A DNA stretch of 64,000 nucleotides, from positions 1,488,001-1,552,000 of the forward strand of contig NW_026782282.1 of assembly GCF_031769215.1 (NCBI RefSeq), in the 5' to 3' direction. Position 1 is the first letter of the stretch. Each line of letters opens with the position of its first letter. Of this stretch, positions 62,247 through 64,000 are shown piece by piece. The notes under the pieces are model-generated. The model worked only from the letters and a program-made list of their open reading frames with translations, was not told where the DNA came from and searched no databases. Source of the stretch: Ylistrum balloti (lineage: Eukaryota). The position numbers were made by a program, and so were the translations under genes.

Positions 62247-62955
62247 ATTTTCTTTACACCTTCGGATCGAAAGATAGGGGGCATTTTCTTTTTGTACTGT
62301 CTGTTTATCGGTTGTCAACATTAACCTTGCCCATAACTATTGCACTGTAAGAGGTAGGGCTTTCGTATTTGGCATGTGTATTTCTTGTGACAAGACCTTT
62401 CCAGTGGTACCGATTTTTTTTTTACCACGTGACCTTGACCGTGACCTTTATCTGAAAGCGTAAAACATCATTACCACAATTAAGACACAAGTGTTTCACA
62501 AAGTATGCTTGCAATTAGCACATGCCTTACACGGCACAGTTTTAATGTCCCACTTCAGAACTATGCTACAACCGGGAACGTTGTATTTCATACACTGTAA
62601 ACACATATTGTTTTTGTGCTGTCTGTTCGTCTGTTGCCAACTTTAACCCTGTTGTCATATTTGGCATGCGTGTTCCTTGTGACACGACCTTTCCGGTGGT
62701 ACCAAAATGTTTGACCATGTGACCTTGACCGTGACCTTTGACCTACATTGACCAAAACTATTGCGCAGCAACCTTCACCTTCATTTGAAAAACTTAAACA
62801 TTGGCCTCAACTTTTGCACAATGAAGACATAAGCACGGTTTCACAAAGTGTGCATGCAAATAGCGCGTGTCTTATACGTTACAGTTTTAATGTCCCACTT
62901 CAGAATGATTTTGTTGCAACCGGGAGCGTAATGATTCATACACACATTTCATTAT
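62247..62955 (+). mobile_element. Head-to-tail pair of Helentron-associated (HINE/pearl-like) non-autonomous elements
   Basis: 5' hairpin-like ccttcggatcgaaagataggggg followed by a ctgtctg tract. Blocks tttggcatg..ttgtgaca.gacctttcc.gtggtacc and gtgaccttgaccgtgacc occur twice (~62370, ~62660), as does cagttttaatgtcccacttcagaa...caaccggga (~62537, ~62882). Family assignment is from recalled bivalve repeats. Confidence 0.6.
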
Positions 62956-64000
62956 TATTGTCTTATTAATCAGGCTCTGAACGTATTGTTTTCATGAGTG
63001 CTTGCGAAAGTATTCCAGTTTTCACGTAAACGGAATCTTACAAAAGACAGTCCTTTTGTTCCCATAACCCTCGCCATAGTCTCCTTAACACATTAAATTA
63101 ATGAATAGACGATTTTTCAGTCTTGTTTACGTGTGTCGGTGTTTGTGTTGGGGGGAATCGGTGTATGTGTTGGGGAGTCGGTGTGTGTATGTGGGGGGGG
63201 GGAGGTNNNNNNNNNNNNNNNNNNNNNNNNNNNNNNNNNNNNNNNNNNNNNNNNNNNNNNNNNNNNNNNNNNNNNNNNNNNNNNNNNNNNNNNNNNNNNN
63301 NNNNNNNNNNNNNNNNNNNNNNNNNNNNNNNNNNNNNNNNNNNNNNNNNNGATCCTGAGAGCGACATGATCGTCTAAAACTACAGCTCGCTTGCAGCGTC
63401 ATCTCATGCATAGTCTGTTTTCAGTATAATATGAGCATGTGGGTGTCTAGCTACGTTGTTTTTTGTGATATCGGTTGGACAACCAGTGTATTGTATCATA
63501 GCGTCATTCCACTAGTGGTCACATACTTCACAGACACTGTTTCAGGTATGGATATCAAACAAGCAATGTGGCTTCCCTCTTCTTTTTGATGTTGTATGAT
63601 CCTACCAACAATACGACCCTGTGGAACACTTTTACACTCATCGACGATCCGGATAAGATTTTGTTATAATTTTGCACTAGATCCTGTGCTTTTTGCAGAA
63701 AGCAAACATAATTTTGCATATCTTGTTTTCCATTTTTTCCTTTTTATAACATCAACAAAGGAAACTAGAGAAGGAGAGAAAAAAACTTCAGACACCCAGT
63801 ATAGAACATGCTCTGACTGTGGTAATTTATAATTTGTTTTCTCACTGGTTGGCTGGTAAAGATGCTAAATCCAGAGAAAAATATATTGTGACTAGCACCT
63901 GTGAACCGTGGTCCAAGGTCACTAAAGTATTCTGAATTAACGAAACGTGACAGTGCGTACACTGGAATAATAGGAGTCGGTAGATTATGTGAATATGTAT

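Overview
AT-rich, repeat-dense animal genomic DNA with GT-AG spliceosomal introns and six N gaps. The repeat families resemble those of bivalve molluscs (inference, not verified). Nothing prokaryotic and no CRISPR array. Host coding content is (1) the first coding exon of a receptor-type guanylyl cyclase on the minus strand (4688-5062; the gene continues off the left edge) and (2) a tandem cluster of four intact two-exon Gfo/Idh/MocA-family NAD(P)-dependent oxidoreductase genes on the minus strand (45501-59212, 381-382 aa each), plus an orphan 3' fragment of a fifth copy. The ~40 kb between these loci holds an apparently young Tc1 (DD34E) transposon with 27-bp TIRs and TA target duplication, decayed Penelope-like fragments, MITEs, a Helentron-like (HINE) dimer at the right end of the window, and several minisatellites. 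Two arrays of a 45-bp repeat form a ~2.2-kb foldback structure. The best candidate for an undescribed system is the oxidoreductase cluster. Its single coding intron sits at the cofactor/substrate domain boundary in the same phase in all four copies, so any upstream exon 1 could in principle splice in frame to any downstream exon 2. The copies also look like sequence mosaics with a variable putative substrate loop, and the proteins do not resemble the usual animal members of the family. These functional ideas are hypotheses; the gene structures are read directly from the sequence.
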